From: Tubulanus polymorphus
Lineage: Eukaryota; Animalia; Nemertea
Assembly: GCF_964204645.1 (NCBI RefSeq)
Contig: NC_134026.1
Span: 24,648,150 to 24,712,149 of the forward strand
DNA: 64,000 nt
Direction: 5' to 3'
The notes under the pieces are model-generated. The model worked only from the letters and a program-made list of their open reading frames with translations. It had not been told where the DNA came from and did no database searches. This document shows positions 13,269 through 27,736 of this stretch, one piece after another (within the stretch, counting starts at the first letter, position 1; the number at the start of each line of letters is the position of its first letter). Both the position numbers and the translations under genes were made by a program.

Positions 13269-16200
13269 ATTGTCTGTCAAAACGTTTAGGGCAACATTAC
13301 GCAAAAACTAAAGGAGTCCATTCTACGACCAGATTAGTAATAACTTCACGCAACAGTACTTCATTATTTCAATAATAATACTACATGGCCGGTCAAGTGA
13401 TTTTCTACATGTTTCACGAGGATTAATTTGCTAAAATCCACAACTCTATACTCTACGCACTGCACAATCATAGTCTAGGAACTATAATAATTATAGCCAA
13501 CCGTAAACACAGACCAGTATTGGAGGTGACCCATTTCGATTGATATGGGTACAGCAAGAGATAATGCCGGTTTCGGTATAGCACACATGAACAATGATTG
13601 TCTACCTAAACAGGACACAGTTTGAAAAACTAATCCAAACCATTTATGTCGCATAAAGTTCAAAAAACCTCCACGGGGTAAAAAGTTTATCCTGTTTTGA
13701 AATTCTGTGAAATATCCAAATTGAGAAGATATTTCAGTTAATATTTACGAATTAATCCCCAATCATTTCCAATTTACAAATTTGAAGAAAAGCTTCCAGT
13801 ATGATAATGTTCCACACAGACATCTAATCTTATTGAGTCATGAAAATTTAAAAATGATGATATAAGAATCTTTTCGACAATAGGCCTAAAGAGACATTTT
13901 GAAAATAAAATATTAGAGAAACGGGTTATTTCCTTCTGACAAAATGTTACGAAACCAAAAACGAATGATTTCATTTTTCTAGATGAAAACCTACCAGAAG
14001 TTTGGCACTATGTACGCGTGGTATATCGATACAATCCGAGATACGAACGCGTAACGTGATTCCTCGCCGCCTTACAATCACGGGAACCTCTTCCTCGTAG
14101 ATAGTTGAATTCATATTTGCTACTTTATCCGCTGACAAAATATCGTCATGTTGACGGAGGTATTCCTATTCACAGAATGTTTCCGCTATACTAATTAAAA
14201 CCACAGAAATACACCTCACAAGTCCAGTAAACGCCTTTTCAATTCCATTAGGCTTTATTGTTTATGACTAAACGGTAGACCGAGTCAACAGTCCAATCAG
14301 GAACGGAATCGTACTCCTACTGAATTTACCTGAGTTCAAGAATAAACCAGCAGATAATGCTCTGTTGAAATAGAGAGAGAACGATATAAACAGTTTCAAA
14401 CTCTCTCGGTTTCTCTCATGTCTACAGTTTCGCTTCACTATGATACCCAGTATTGCCACATCTTGCTTTCACTCCAACAAGAAAAATACTATGTATGTGT
14501 GTGAAGAGATTCCACCATGTCATCGTACAGAAAAACGGGCACAACTATTTGAGCGGTGTTTTCACAACTGAGTCTCGCTGAAAACCTAGAATGTAATCTT
14601 CGTAGAGGCCTACCCGGCGGAAACTATATTCAGACTAGATCGCGAAGAAGCAACTGCTCCTCAGCTGTTTCTATCCAGTTCCTTTCAGAACACGCGATGT
14701 CCTCCAGTAAATTATGGTATTTTTTATCTCTAATTCCAATAGTTTCATTGAGTGCGCTTCGTGATCTTCTTACGAGCTATTCCACAATCGGAATGTCATC
14801 ATAGTCTCATAAAAAACTGTGCGAACATACCCGCCGTGTCAATATCTATCTTAATTCAAGTATTATTTATACATCGGCAGTTCTTATCATATCAAATATT
14901 GAGAAGTAAGCCAGCACCAACGGTGTTAGCTCTTCGATGAATGATCAACTAAAGTATGATATTTCTATCAAATGAAATGTATGCCTGCTGATAATATGCA
15001 AAATCTGTTGACGTCAACTTGTTATTTATGACATGTCTAGAAGCCATGATTTTGCTACTGATTGTCACTGATAGATTGAAGACTTTATTTCTTTGACATT
15101 TTCACCATCAGACAATGACTTGTTCTTACGCTCCACCTGAAAGAAATACGATGCAAAGCTAACACTTTTAACGGAGATCGCACAGAATGATGTCAACTTC
15201 AATTTCTTGATTCATCTAGAAAACATCAGGCTGATACATAGAAAGATATCTACAGTACAGTAAATCTTTTCTTTTGGAATGACAGGAGGTTCACTGTGCA
15301 GTCAGAAATAATCTTTATACTTTGTTGCAGGCGTACGTTTCAACATCAACATGTTCACAATCATGTTCACAATACAATGTTTTACATGCGTGGGTGAAAA
15401 AGACTTCTGTGTAAATTCAATTACGAGTAAAAACTCATAAGAAATTGCCATAAGACGTTGCCGGGAAAGGTCGTTCCGTTTTCAGCGATCTAAAATAAAG
15501 ATCATAGAACTAGAATGGAAATAACGCCACAGATGAGATAGGAACAAAGCAGAGCAAATACTGAAATTGAAGTTCCAAGAACAAAAATATGGATCAATCG
15601 CTTAACGACCAGGGACTGCTTCGAGAGCCTTGTACAAAATGTCACTATCGTCAAGTCGAGTATATTCTCACATGAATCAACCCCGCAAAAGATTAAGCCT
15701 CTGATTTGCGCGGCCATCAAGGGAAGGACGCTCGTCAACTGTGAAGTGACTGAATAATGCCTGAAGTTAACATACAGACAGACGTGTTTCCCATCGATGT
15801 TCTTCAGTTCAGCGAAAGTATCAGCCACGTCTGAAAAGCTCTCTTCAGCCCCTCTCTGCTAGAGAAAGCAGTTTCCTGAAATTTTCTATGATGTAATACT
15901 TTCCTGAATAGAGATCAAAACATGAAACAGACGCTTGTTCAGTGAAAGAAAGTTGCTTTGTGTTTCATTGCATTTCAGTTCTGTTTTGAAGATCGCGGTT
16001 TTCGCTGCTGGAGCTGCTGTGAATAAGACAAAGCGACGACTGTTTAAACACAAGAGTGAAGTTGAAAGAAAGAGAAATGCCAAGAGTTAACAGCAAATTG
16101 AATGGATTTTTGTGGAGGCAGATTTAGAAACTGACTCTAATAACATGAAGATATAAGACACACCCAAGATTTTTATTCGATGAAAACAAAGAGATATTTT

Positions 16201-17096
16201 ATCCTGAACCAATTCAGACACTTACTGAACAACAGACCTACAGGGTACATGTACTGTTATAAAAAGGACGATCTATGCTTCAATCTATTTCTAGATATAC
16301 ATAGACGACTACGTCATCAAAATAACATTAATCTCGTAAGATAATTTTCTGATATCGAGTAACAGTGCCACCACCATTACGCCATCTGGTAGCTATATCG
16401 CTTACTAGCAAGTCTTGGTTTTTTGTTCTGAACATAGATGGAGCATAAACTTTGATTTGACATTTGATCACATAAAGAATATAGGCCCTATGTATTCAAT
16501 TTAATGATTTCAATTCCCGACAATAAAAACATCAAGTATAAACTTTGTCAGAAATGAGATAATTCATTGGACAATTTTTACATTCTTCAATTAATCTATA
16601 CTGATAGAAGATGAATACTAATTGTAATTCGTTCAACAGTTCTATTTTTGGCGTATGTTTAAGTCCTCCCTTGAGGTAAACTCATGCAAATACGAGACCC
16701 AGAAGGCAGATAAATTCTCTCGTTGACATTAACACGAGACATTACAACAGCACCAAAGATGTTAACAGTACTTCAAAATGCCTGTTGGGAAAGTGTTTTC
16801 ATAATGAATGCAGCAGAAAAAAGCATTAACTGAAAGAGCGTGACCCTTTATTATAAAATGGTTCGGATTCACAACAGCTTTTAATGTGCAGAACCTGATA
16901 CAACGGGGCATTACCTCCACTAAAAGCCTGCAAGAGTAAAATTGACAATGACAGCTTCTTCAGTTTACTGAAATAATGGCAGCACGGCAGATAGAATGTG
17001 TAAAGCAGTAATGAGTGCATATTTTCGGTCTTTGCGCACAATATTGCGGATAATTTCTATTTGATAAAAGCTTGCGTTGTGATTTAACCACCTTAC

Positions 17097-17249
17097 ATCT
17101 GGAAGCCTAATAGCGTAATATCGACAGCAACTCGGATATTCAACATCATAATGATTCACATAACGACTGCATAGCTGTAAATGTTGTCTCCAAGGGAACC
17201 ATGGACACGATTTTTCATTTTTCCATGAGTAGTATGGAGTATATACCAT
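17097..17249 (-). CDS. Candidate MAST alternative first exon (MVYTPYYSWK...YAIRLPD)
   Basis: ATG to GAT|GTAAGG, 51 codons, phase 0. Confidence 0.45.
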
Positions 17250-20200
17250 AAGCTTCTCTTACGATTCATTGTCAGAGTTCAGATTTCCCCGCGAGATCTT
17301 TCGAAACATTGATATCGCTAAATCGCGTTACAAAATGAGCTAAACTATAAATCGGCAGAAAAACGGTCGAAGCCTTTGAACAATGCCAGCAGACTCATTC
17401 CAAATGGAATATGATTGCTATTGCATCAGAGATGATTGGTATATTGACCATTTTCATGATCAGTCTGTGATTTTTGCAATCAATATCATCTTACACGGGA
17501 GTATTGATTGATGTGCTTATCTGACATATATACGACTACTGATCAATACAGTGTTTATCAGCTAAATATAAAACATTACAGTCAATATAGAAACTTCCTA
17601 CAAAATATTGAAGAAAGCCACTTGAGTCGAATTACATATATCACTACTCAACAAAAAAAAAAACTTCACAAAACTAAGATGAAATTGTCATCAGTGACTT
17701 CTAGACACATCAGAATTTAAAACATTGTTTGCACGGTATTTCTATCCTGCAGAAATGTACGTGATTACACCCAATACTGAGTATTGGTAACCGTCGAAAT
17801 TGTGTCCTTAACACTGATGAGAAAATCTTAGAGTCAGCGACTCTAGCATGCAGGTGCATCATCTTATATTTATTGTCATTATACCACAACTCATACAGTT
17901 GCCCGTCACATCAGTTCTACCAATAATACTTGGGTTCTGGGGAGGGGGCACTCGGTGTGTATGTCTAAGTGTTTGCCATAGTCATATATCTAATGATTTA
18001 GTTACCGATTATGGCCAGCAACCTGCGGTCTGATTTCCTCATCAGTCAAACTGTCATCATACATCTCGCATTATATCCAATTCATCGATAATGGCATTTG
18101 CACATCAAACTCAAGCGATGCATTGATGATTCCTTTATTAATTACAAATTCACCATTCCAATAGTATGAAACAAAATAATGGACATCAAAGAAACTTTTT
18201 TACAAGATTTTCTATTTCTGAAGAATTGATAGCGACTGGAATTAGATGAAGGAACGATGATTAGAACTTTATACAGTAATATCTCAATCAACTTCCTTAA
18301 ACCGGGCCTATCCTTTTGCATAATCGAGCATAAGACAAACCACACCTCACTATTGTCAAAAGCCACTCAGGTGTCAAAGGTTTTCATCATCTTCTAATGA
18401 GGACTAACGTCACATCATCAAGAGAATCTCGTGTATCCCAAAGATACATCATAAGAGAACCACTCCCAGTTTGTAAACCTACTGAGAATTCATCAACTCA
18501 GTCTTGACAGGGCAATATCGATAGGAATATTGTTTGAGAAAAATTTATGAAAAACACTGTCATAATCAATCACAATTTATGACTAAATGAAATGAGTCTG
18601 GCCGATGAAGATACTACATTTTCTTGCCCTTGTGTTGCATTGTGTGTTGTCTTTAAGGCGTTTCATATGACTTAAAGCAGTACAGAACAACTCAATGAAT
18701 AATTGCCACTTAAGACGTGATCCATCTTCTTTAGGCAACAGGAAAACTATTCTCTATCACGAGCAATGTTATCCGTACAAGACACCAAAGCCGAAAACCG
18801 ATTAATGTGAAATTTTCTGCAACAGTAAGCAGGTTTCAGTGCATGTTCGTGATTATTTTTCGATTTTCTTATGTCTGCGCAGTACACCAGCTGTAGCTGC
18901 TAATACGACCTAAGAAATAGTTGTATCTATTGAAACTAGGGGTCCATGGACAGTACGCCCACTTGTTGAAATGTTTAACATCGAACAATTTCAATATTCA
19001 AGGACCCTCATGAATACAGTAATCAATGACCTTGAAACTCTCCTCAATCGCAGAACATGTCATGAGCTACTACAATTGATTGCGGTAGAAAAATATGCAT
19101 AGGTAGCAATATATATGGAAATACCATGTTATTCCATCATTCCCAAAATGTTTAAGATCCCTTCCCTAAGTATACCCATCTCAAATTTCAATGAAAAGTG
19201 ACAAAGCATAAAGAACCTACAGCCCAATAAAGTCACACGAAGACCATCTTGTTCCCTATTAGCCTGATTTTTAGAGTGAAAATTGGCCCCAGAGGCCAAC
19301 GGAACATCATTTTTGGGCTGCAAATGTGTCTAGGATAAATACATGTATAAAACTAAATATCAAAACTCGTGGCGAATGGCAATTCTAGAGAATGGGGAAC
19401 TACAAACACTATTGTGGCAAGCAAGGATGCGCCAGCTTCGCTAGTAGTTACTTGGTCTTTCGCGTTCAATTTCTTCTACATTTCAATGAAAACCGAATGA
19501 ACTTTTCTCTTAAACAGGTCAAATGTTATGGAAACTACACCGATATCTAAGTAGAAAAATAAATTTTAAGTATATTTATAGGGTGGTATGATAAAGTGTG
19601 GATTTGGGAGCCTAAATTTCAGTTTGAAGTTCATTGAAAATGAACTGATTTTGACAATGAAAGACTGAGTATTCGTCACTCCATCTCGCAGGGAAACCTG
19701 GCATTGCACCTCCCCATCGGCTCGGTATGCAATTTTCACAAGCGGTCGAGATCGCTGAGCTTGAAACCAAAATGTTAGATATTTTTGCCGACTTTTCCAC
19801 AAAATTCATTTCACGCTACAAAATCGCTTTACGATCAACCCATTAGCCAATTGAATTGGATCTTTTAATCATGTGATCAAACAAAATGGCACCACCCATG
19901 ACACCAGCAAAAACTACAGGCTAGTTTTTGCCATGGGGCAAAACACTATAGATTACTGGAACTATTATTACCAATCTCAAGAACTTAAATTCTACAAAAT
20001 GTGAGACTAACATCATTGTCTATAAAATGTTTACACATTGTATAGGCTATTGTAGATCATGATCATTGATCTTTTTGGCTGTACAGTTTGTATAATGTAG
20101 GTAGGCCTATATAATATCTCGTACTATTTGTCTATAAGCGACTAGTGGAAAAATTGCATCATTTTGCCAGTGGATTTGCATTAAAATGCCCTGCGCTGTT

Positions 20201-22433
20201 GACTAGACACTGTTTTGAATGAGTCAGATAATTGCTCGAAACATCATCTAAAGCGCTCGGCTCCTTTCTGATATTTCAGAACCCACGAAAACTGGTGCAA
20301 TCGGCAACAAATCTAGTGTGTCCCAGCTAAAGAATTTAAGCCAATAATACATAGTCTTCTGTAACTTCAACAATGCTAAATGTAACAGCCAATGGACTGG
20401 TTAGTCATTTACCAGTTTTAGTCGGGTAACTACATCCTCTCCAACCAATTTCTTGAATGAAAAGAGCAAAGTAATAACATGATTCAGGGGATCAAAACAT
20501 GTTAACAGTTTTCCTATTGTTTGTCACAGCCATGAAGAGGCAAGTGTGAACAGAAATCTGGTATATCTTTGATAGAAGCAGAGCCGAGTGAAGTAGCTTA
20601 AAGAAATGGTTGCATGATCACTCTTCAGGGGAAATGTGTCATTTCCTTTTAGTGTAAGTTGTTCTGTGGATAATATAATCCGTAGATAGAAGTCCCGATA
20701 CTGACAGTAGTGTATTTGGTGACGGTGCTTCAACAGAAAAAAACAAACAAATAAGTATATCCGAAGATATGGACGTTATACTACACGAGAGTTATATAAT
20801 ATTCATAGAAAATAAAACTGTGCTCAACTTTCCAGGAAAATATGTCTCTCTGCTCTCGTGAACGATAAATTGCTGAGACTAAGAGATATTGAAAAAAAGG
20901 TATCAAATAAGAATAATCCTGCTCTTCTGATAAGCTTTCCAGATTGGAAAGCCGGAAAGGATGAATAATGCATGACTTTGCTGATGAATACTGGAATATA
21001 AGAGACAATTTCTTTCATTAGTTGAGTGTTTTTGGGCCAAATCAATTATATTGAAACATTACAGACACTAATTATTTTGGAAAAATTTTTCTATAATCCT
21101 CTCTTTGAAGCGAACAAACTGTCAACCGTTTATTAATCTTGATAATGTTCGACCAGTTGTATGCGATCAACTAAATAAAAACGCTATAAAATATCAATGA
21201 AATCTCATTTTCATCGGTCACTACTAAAGAAGAATTTTGAAACTTGAAACTTAATGAGCTGCCGAAGTATAGTTTTTGAAAAATAAAATCTGTTTACATG
21301 TCTCACTGGCATTAACAATTTATATATCAATAAGTAAACATCTAAACAAACAATGATTGTTCTCCTTTCATGTGAACAAGTGAACATCTATCTGCACAGG
21401 TGAAGTAAGTTATCAGGAAATTTTGATAAAAAGATGAGTTTTAATGTCGCGACCGAACTTCAGATTAGATATATCTATAGTCTAGATATATAAGATATAT
21501 AATCTTACATTCAATGACAATGAACGCTAAAATGGGAGAATGGCGCAAGTTAGGTTTTTAACTCACTCCTTTTATTCATAATATATACCGGATACTACAG
21601 TAAAATGGATGGAAATCTGATGCATGCAATAGAGAGAGAGTTAAAATATTAGATTGAAATATCGCAGTTGAATAAGTTTTGGATGCTGCCGGCAGTTCTG
21701 TGATTTTGCTTATTTCTTTTGATTGGATTATAAGGAGTACGGAGAATTTTTTATTAAGGCTTAAGTTTCAATTACCTAAATTGATGCTGATGAGAAAATT
21801 AATGCCTTCAGGTGGAAATTGCAGAGCGTTATTTCTACGGACATCAAAGGGGTTGTCTGTGACCAATGTAGATTTATCCAGACTATGGCGAGACATCATT
21901 GCATTGCGTGCGAACTGGTTATTCATTTTTACATGTGTGACTAGATTTTATACATATACAGTTTCACCCGGGGAACGCATTCTGAGAAAATAAATGTCAT
22001 AAGCAGGTTGTTAATGATTTTCTTGAATGATTTCAATATCATTTCGATTGAAGCCACATCTGACATTTTCCCAACTCGCTTTAATCAACAAGTATAATAA
22101 TAAGCAGAAGCAAACATATCCAGCGCTTGTGTCTAGACGGGCTTCTAATATTCTTTAAAAAAACATGGTTCATAGATGGATAAATAGGCTTTCTATGGTT
22201 CTTTTGCCATTTTGTCACTTGCTGCAGTTGACTATGGATGTATATACTATCGATTAATATAGGTATATCTAGGTTATGTGTCCAAGACTATTCTGACCAT
22301 GCTTGACACTTACATTAAGATTCATATCCATAGTATTGTGGTGACAATAGCTGTTAATGGTTATTTCCAGCCTTTCTCTACATGTAAATGCGCATTAACA
22401 GCCATTAATTTCAGAAAAGTTGGAAATAAAACT

Positions 22434-22479
22434 GAAAACGTGATAAAATTCACCACGAAAACGTGATAAAATTCACCGC
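22434..22479. repeat. 23-bp tandem duplication
   Basis: gaaaacgtgataaaattcacc(a/g)c x2. Confidence 0.9.
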
Positions 22480-23298
22480 AAAACCGAGTGTTATCGTCAT
22501 ATTTACAAATCAGATTCATTATCATTGATTATTTTCTATGTGATTATAGAAGTGTAATGATAAGACAAGGCAACGACAATCAATTCCAATTTCATGATAA
22601 AAACTGGCGTCATTCATTTTCATACGAATAACATACATGTCTAAAAACTAATAATGAAGCGAAAAATGTAGGAAACTGTATTCAAATAATTTCCAAAGCA
22701 AAAATTGAATTTATACACATGAATATTAATAACAGGATATGCATAACTCGCATTCATGAAATTTCAATTTTCAAGAGGAAAATATATTGGCCTTTAACAA
22801 TGTGAGCATAATATTACATGAGTAAATCGAAACGCTCATTTAACATCTAACCATTTTCTCTGATTCGGCCTTATATAATGTTAGCTTTAGGCAACTTTTA
22901 CTTTGCCTGTGATGAAAAGTGCAAATGATAAATAGTAAAGCAAATAATGTAAAAGCATCCTGGTTCCAGCAAATCCAGTGAATCTCTAAGGCTTTAGATA
23001 TACCACGAAAAAACTGATAATAATTCTTAGCGAGTTGCCCCAAAGCTACTTCTGTCATTTAAGTGAATTAGATACGCAGAACAAGGGTAAAAACCTAGCA
23101 CTCATGATATACGATCATACAAAAGCATACAAACAGTAGTTTTATCAGACAAACATATAATAGATAGAAGTTAAATAAGACTGAAAAATTTCAAGAACTA
23201 GAGATAAACAAGATTAGGTGAAAACTAGTTTCGCATACTTCAAAAAGTTTTCAAGCGAAAAACGTTTTATCTAAAATGTTCTAAATGAAGAGACTTAC

Positions 23299-23403
23299 AA
23301 TTATTACAGGTATCCTACTACCAACTAATTCAACTTCATGAACGGTGTATCTTCTTGTCGACAAATCATGGGTAAGATGCAGGTAAGAACTCGGGTTTTC
23401 CAT
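23299..23403 (-). CDS. Candidate MAST alternative first exon (MENPSSYLHLTHDLSTRRYTVHEVELVGSRIPVII)
   Basis: ATG to a consensus GTAAGT donor, 35 codons, phase 0. Confidence 0.5.
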
Positions 23404-26400
23404 TGAAAATTTCCTCATTTTGTGTTCATAATCCTACAGTCGACTTTCGTAGTAAGCGTCGATAATTCTGACGATAAATCGTATCTTTTGTCCACGCTTC
23501 ATTCAGAAACGTACCGGTAGATAATAATCATCTTTCTGAAGATTAGTTTTTAATGAATGAAAACGATGTATTCACATCCGATATCTTTCAATCAGATCGA
23601 TTATTAATTTGTCGGCGTGCAGTTGTCTCTTCAGCGAATAGTATAACAATCATTCAGCCTTCAGGAAGCAATGTGCTCTCCATAAAAATGGATATCACAA
23701 CATAAATGAAGTGCTAACAACTAGAAATGCAGGAGGCGGTGTACAGTGACATCACAATGCCACCTCTGCTATACACAGCAATGTTTTTCCAATGTGCTTT
23801 TAGCATGCAGTGAATGAAACAGGAAGATACAGCACATGATGTTTCAAAGGAGAAAAATTTGCTGTCATTTGTATTAATTCGTGATGCACCGATTCAAACA
23901 TATGCAACGGCATGCAATACATATTTCATCATAACCCAGCTGACATCAATACCTGCAGGGGACAATTGACAAGAAAAAAATTAAGAGAAGGCATCGTCAC
24001 ATCAGATATGATAAGTAGTTCATAAGAGTGTGAATATCATGACCAGTCTTTTTGAAATAAATGGGATTTTCTTGTGTATTTTCTGGCAATTCATGTCTCA
24101 GTTAGAAGAAGGTAATTCGAACATTGTCTCCTCTATGGAATATTGAACCATTGGCAAGCGATGGTTCATGTCAATCTGTCTGCTTACTGTCTCAAGTAGT
24201 CGCCTTCACATCCAATATTCTTAAAGCGGTCCAAAACGGCTACAGCTTTCTGTCTCTTTATGATGATCATATATGTGCAACGAATCAATAGGCTAAGTTT
24301 TTAGGCGAAGGCAGCAAAATAACGACAGAAAAGCAAATAGACGTTCTGACGCGCAAGCTAATTACTGGACAGCGAAGATGGACATAAATAATCCACACAG
24401 GAAACACCACGCATCTGTTTCAATAAACTACTGATAAAAGATAATGTATGAAATAGCCAAGAGATTCCTGTTGGTAATAAAATATTTAATATAGATCTCT
24501 TGCTGGTGGCAAGGACCAGTCATCAAATTATTTCTTGATCACGTTTTTTTCTAGTTCTTATGCACAAAATCGTGAGTCAAATCAGGGAGCAGGTACGTGG
24601 ACTATCGCCAATGTGATACTTGATGAATTTACCAATTCAGCACAATAAAACGCCACTTTTTAATTTTGGTAAAATATCGATTTGCACTGTGAGCACCGAT
24701 GTAAGGAAGATGATAAAACGATGTTAAATTCAATACGATTTTAACAAGGAGAATATATACAATCCTCATTGATTTAACAGAACGGTTATATCTATTCTTA
24801 TGACGAATGCGTCATCACGAAAAAACTTCTGAATGAAATCGAAATAAAACCATTTCCAACCTACACTCAAACAACAGCGATACATGTAAATATAAAACCA
24901 CACAAAAAAAAATCTACTTTTACGTAAATTCGAATACCATGAATAAATCTATAACTGCCTCCACTGAGATGCATTAATGGCGGCTTAATTCGATCAATTT
25001 CAGCACACATTTTAGTTTTCATTCACTAACAAAGCTATAAAAATATGTATTTCTACAAATCGGTAGAATTTAATGAATTGTACAGGATCCGTACAGATCA
25101 GTCATTCCTGGATATATAGGAGTTTTCAAGGTGTTTCAAAGGAGAAAACTTCGAGGAAGGGTCTGCACCACTTTATATCCAAATAACAGTACACTCCTTC
25201 TAAATCAGTAGTTTATCTCGGTAAACCAGTAATTCAGAAGCAAATTTCTATCCTTAACACCATGTTAACTCGTTTCTTGGTAAATTTGGTTAAAAAATTC
25301 CTATTCCTGGTCCTGACTGTACTGATAGGCATAGTCTAGTGTATAACCATAAACTCGACAATAATTTCGAATTACCTATTTCTCCAAGTTGAAGGAGTTT
25401 TAAAGGAGCTTCAAGTATTTTCTGTTTAGAGGGAGTTTATAAGGAATCAACAAATCGTAGAGACCATGTTACTAATTAAAATGATGCCTGAAAATTGAAA
25501 ACTTAAACGGTCCATTCCGTATGAAATGACTGATATTATATCAGAGTTCACATTCAACCACTGCAAAGGTGTTCAGTAGCAGCGCCATCTATGAAAAGAA
25601 TTAGTAATGATCAACGCGAATTGTGAACAAAATACACTAGTGACATCTAACAGAGGAACTGAACACTAAACCATTGCTTAGATAAACTAACTCACGATCT
25701 AGCATTTCTTGAATTATAGAAATATTACTGAAAAGTTTTCAGCAGGCTTAGACAATTTGAAGCAACATATCATTTTGGCATTCTAATAAAATTTCCCATT
25801 GATTTCTTACATTGCAACCCCCCTGAAAATGAATGTAAAAAAATGTCTAAAGAACATTTAATTACTGTTAAACATTCCACTGTTTCACTGGATTTATTGA
25901 ACAGTAATATTTTTCGACCAACATCTGTTTTTAGCAAAAATTAATTATGGGATAGTGTCTTCTAACAGTGAATGAGCAATCTATTATAATTAAGCCGGTG
26001 AATGTTCCAATTATCAGCTTTGTCAGTGTTGTCAAAAAGTTCAATTTATCAGCGCGTTTCCATGACAACCAAGTTTTATCATCTTAGCAGACACTTTCAA
26101 ACAGACAGACTATTATTCAGGTTACCAACCTATGAATAAAATTCATTTCACTCAAAGAGACACGTCTTTCAACTTGAATGGTGACAGTCGACTAGAAATT
26201 GGAAAAATTACAGCTGTCATACGGACCAAGGCTATTCGCAAGTGAGTTATAACAGATTTACTTATGATGAAATCAAAGATAACCTGTTTCGTCCCCAGCA
26301 AGTGTGGTGGGTTTGTAGGGGACACATATAGCAAATTAAAATTAATTAACCAATGAAATAGGCTAAATAAAAGGAACAATTCTCTATTTTACGATACAAA

Positions 26401-26589
26401 ACATTGAACAATATGACTCGTAGGGAAACTTATGAAGTAACAGGTATCATGTAGATCTCTACATGCTTATAGAATGCTTACAGAAAAAACGTCTTCTTTT
26501 GAAAGAAAACATAAACTAGACCTGTAGCAAAGAGTATATGCAGCAAAGGTTACCGCATTGATAATTTCATATAAGTGTACATTACACAT

Positions 26590-26665
26590 GTAGAACAAGC
26601 CGCACTCGCCAGGGGTAAACTTCAGTAGAACAAGCGAACAAGCCGAGCTCTCCGGGGTAAACTCC
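26590..26665. repeat. Imperfect tandem repeat (~35-bp unit, GAACAAGCCG...GGGGTAAACT)
   Basis: gtagaacaagccgcactcgccaggggtaaactt followed by gtagaacaagc-gaacaagccgagctctccggggtaaactc. Confidence 0.7.
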
Positions 26666-27682
26666 GACCCTGGAGATGAAAACTATACATCAACTTGTCA
26701 AATACATGTGAGTTTGCCAAAGCAAGCTTAGCATAAATGGCTTACAAACCATACACAAACTGAAACTGTATCAGTTCATCACACGGGACTCTCGTCGATA
26801 TCAATGTTTGTCGGGAACGCAATGCAGTCCGAGTCAATAAAGAAGAAAATTAATTTACATCAGAAAAAAAACTATTAAAGGGATCAGGACGTCTATTGTC
26901 ATTATCAAACCAGATTCGTCCGATCAATCTCATCTTTCAATCAGAAGCTTTCTGAGCACTGTAAATATGACTAAAACAGGGTTACTGGTTACTTTGTGAT
27001 CATCTTACTGCAGATAGACTAATGCATATGTACTCAACTAAAAAATAAACCACAGCTGATTTTTTAGAAGAGGATGTGGTTGCCATGAGTGGGAACAAAT
27101 GAAGAACTGATTTCCTGACATCTATATTCATGGAAATTTCAACTAACAGAATGATTTCATTCCATGGGTGTAAAAAACGTTCTAACATGAAAATCGCGGA
27201 ATTCAATCCTTATGGTTGACTTTTAAGGAAACTTATAACGGACAAATACAGTATAAACCGATGAAGTCAGGCTGCAGTGTGGCGTTGTAGTTAAACCATC
27301 GATCAGTTCAAAGGCCAGTCCAGGACAATTCTGACGTTATTCATGTGTGGTAATCCTGTTCCCCATGGAAACATATAAGAACATCAATATAAATCTATCG
27401 ACAACCGTCCAGATAGCACCGTGAACCCTCTTGAACTTTATACTCAATGATTTAATCGGAACTAATTGTTCAAAATCTTCGCAAGATAAATACCCGAATT
27501 CGAGACTAATACAAAATTGAGCTGAAATCATGCGAGATGTACAAATCTTTTGTCAACTGTTCTTTGAAAATACACGTAGAATATAAATTTCAGTTTCAGA
27601 CAGTTTCAACCTCTAAAGGTGATTCTCCCAGATTCTGGCGTTGAGCTTGCGTCAGTAAAATATAGTTTAAACCGATACTGAC

Positions 27683-27736
27683 CTGTAGTGAGTGACAGTG
27701 TTGAAGATGTAACCTTCTCACCCAAAGATTCTCCAT
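27683..27736 (-). CDS. Candidate MAST alternative first exon (MENLWVRRLHLQHCHSLQ)
   Basis: ATG to CAG|GTCAGT, 18 codons, phase 0, matching the acceptor at 12046; CpG-richer upstream region. Confidence 0.45.

Noticed and set aside
14556-14940. Overlapping plus-strand ORFs suggesting a nested gene in the MAST intron
   Set aside because: Non-ATG starts, no recognisable domain and no consistent exon chain; more likely UTR or regulatory sequence of a MAST isoform.
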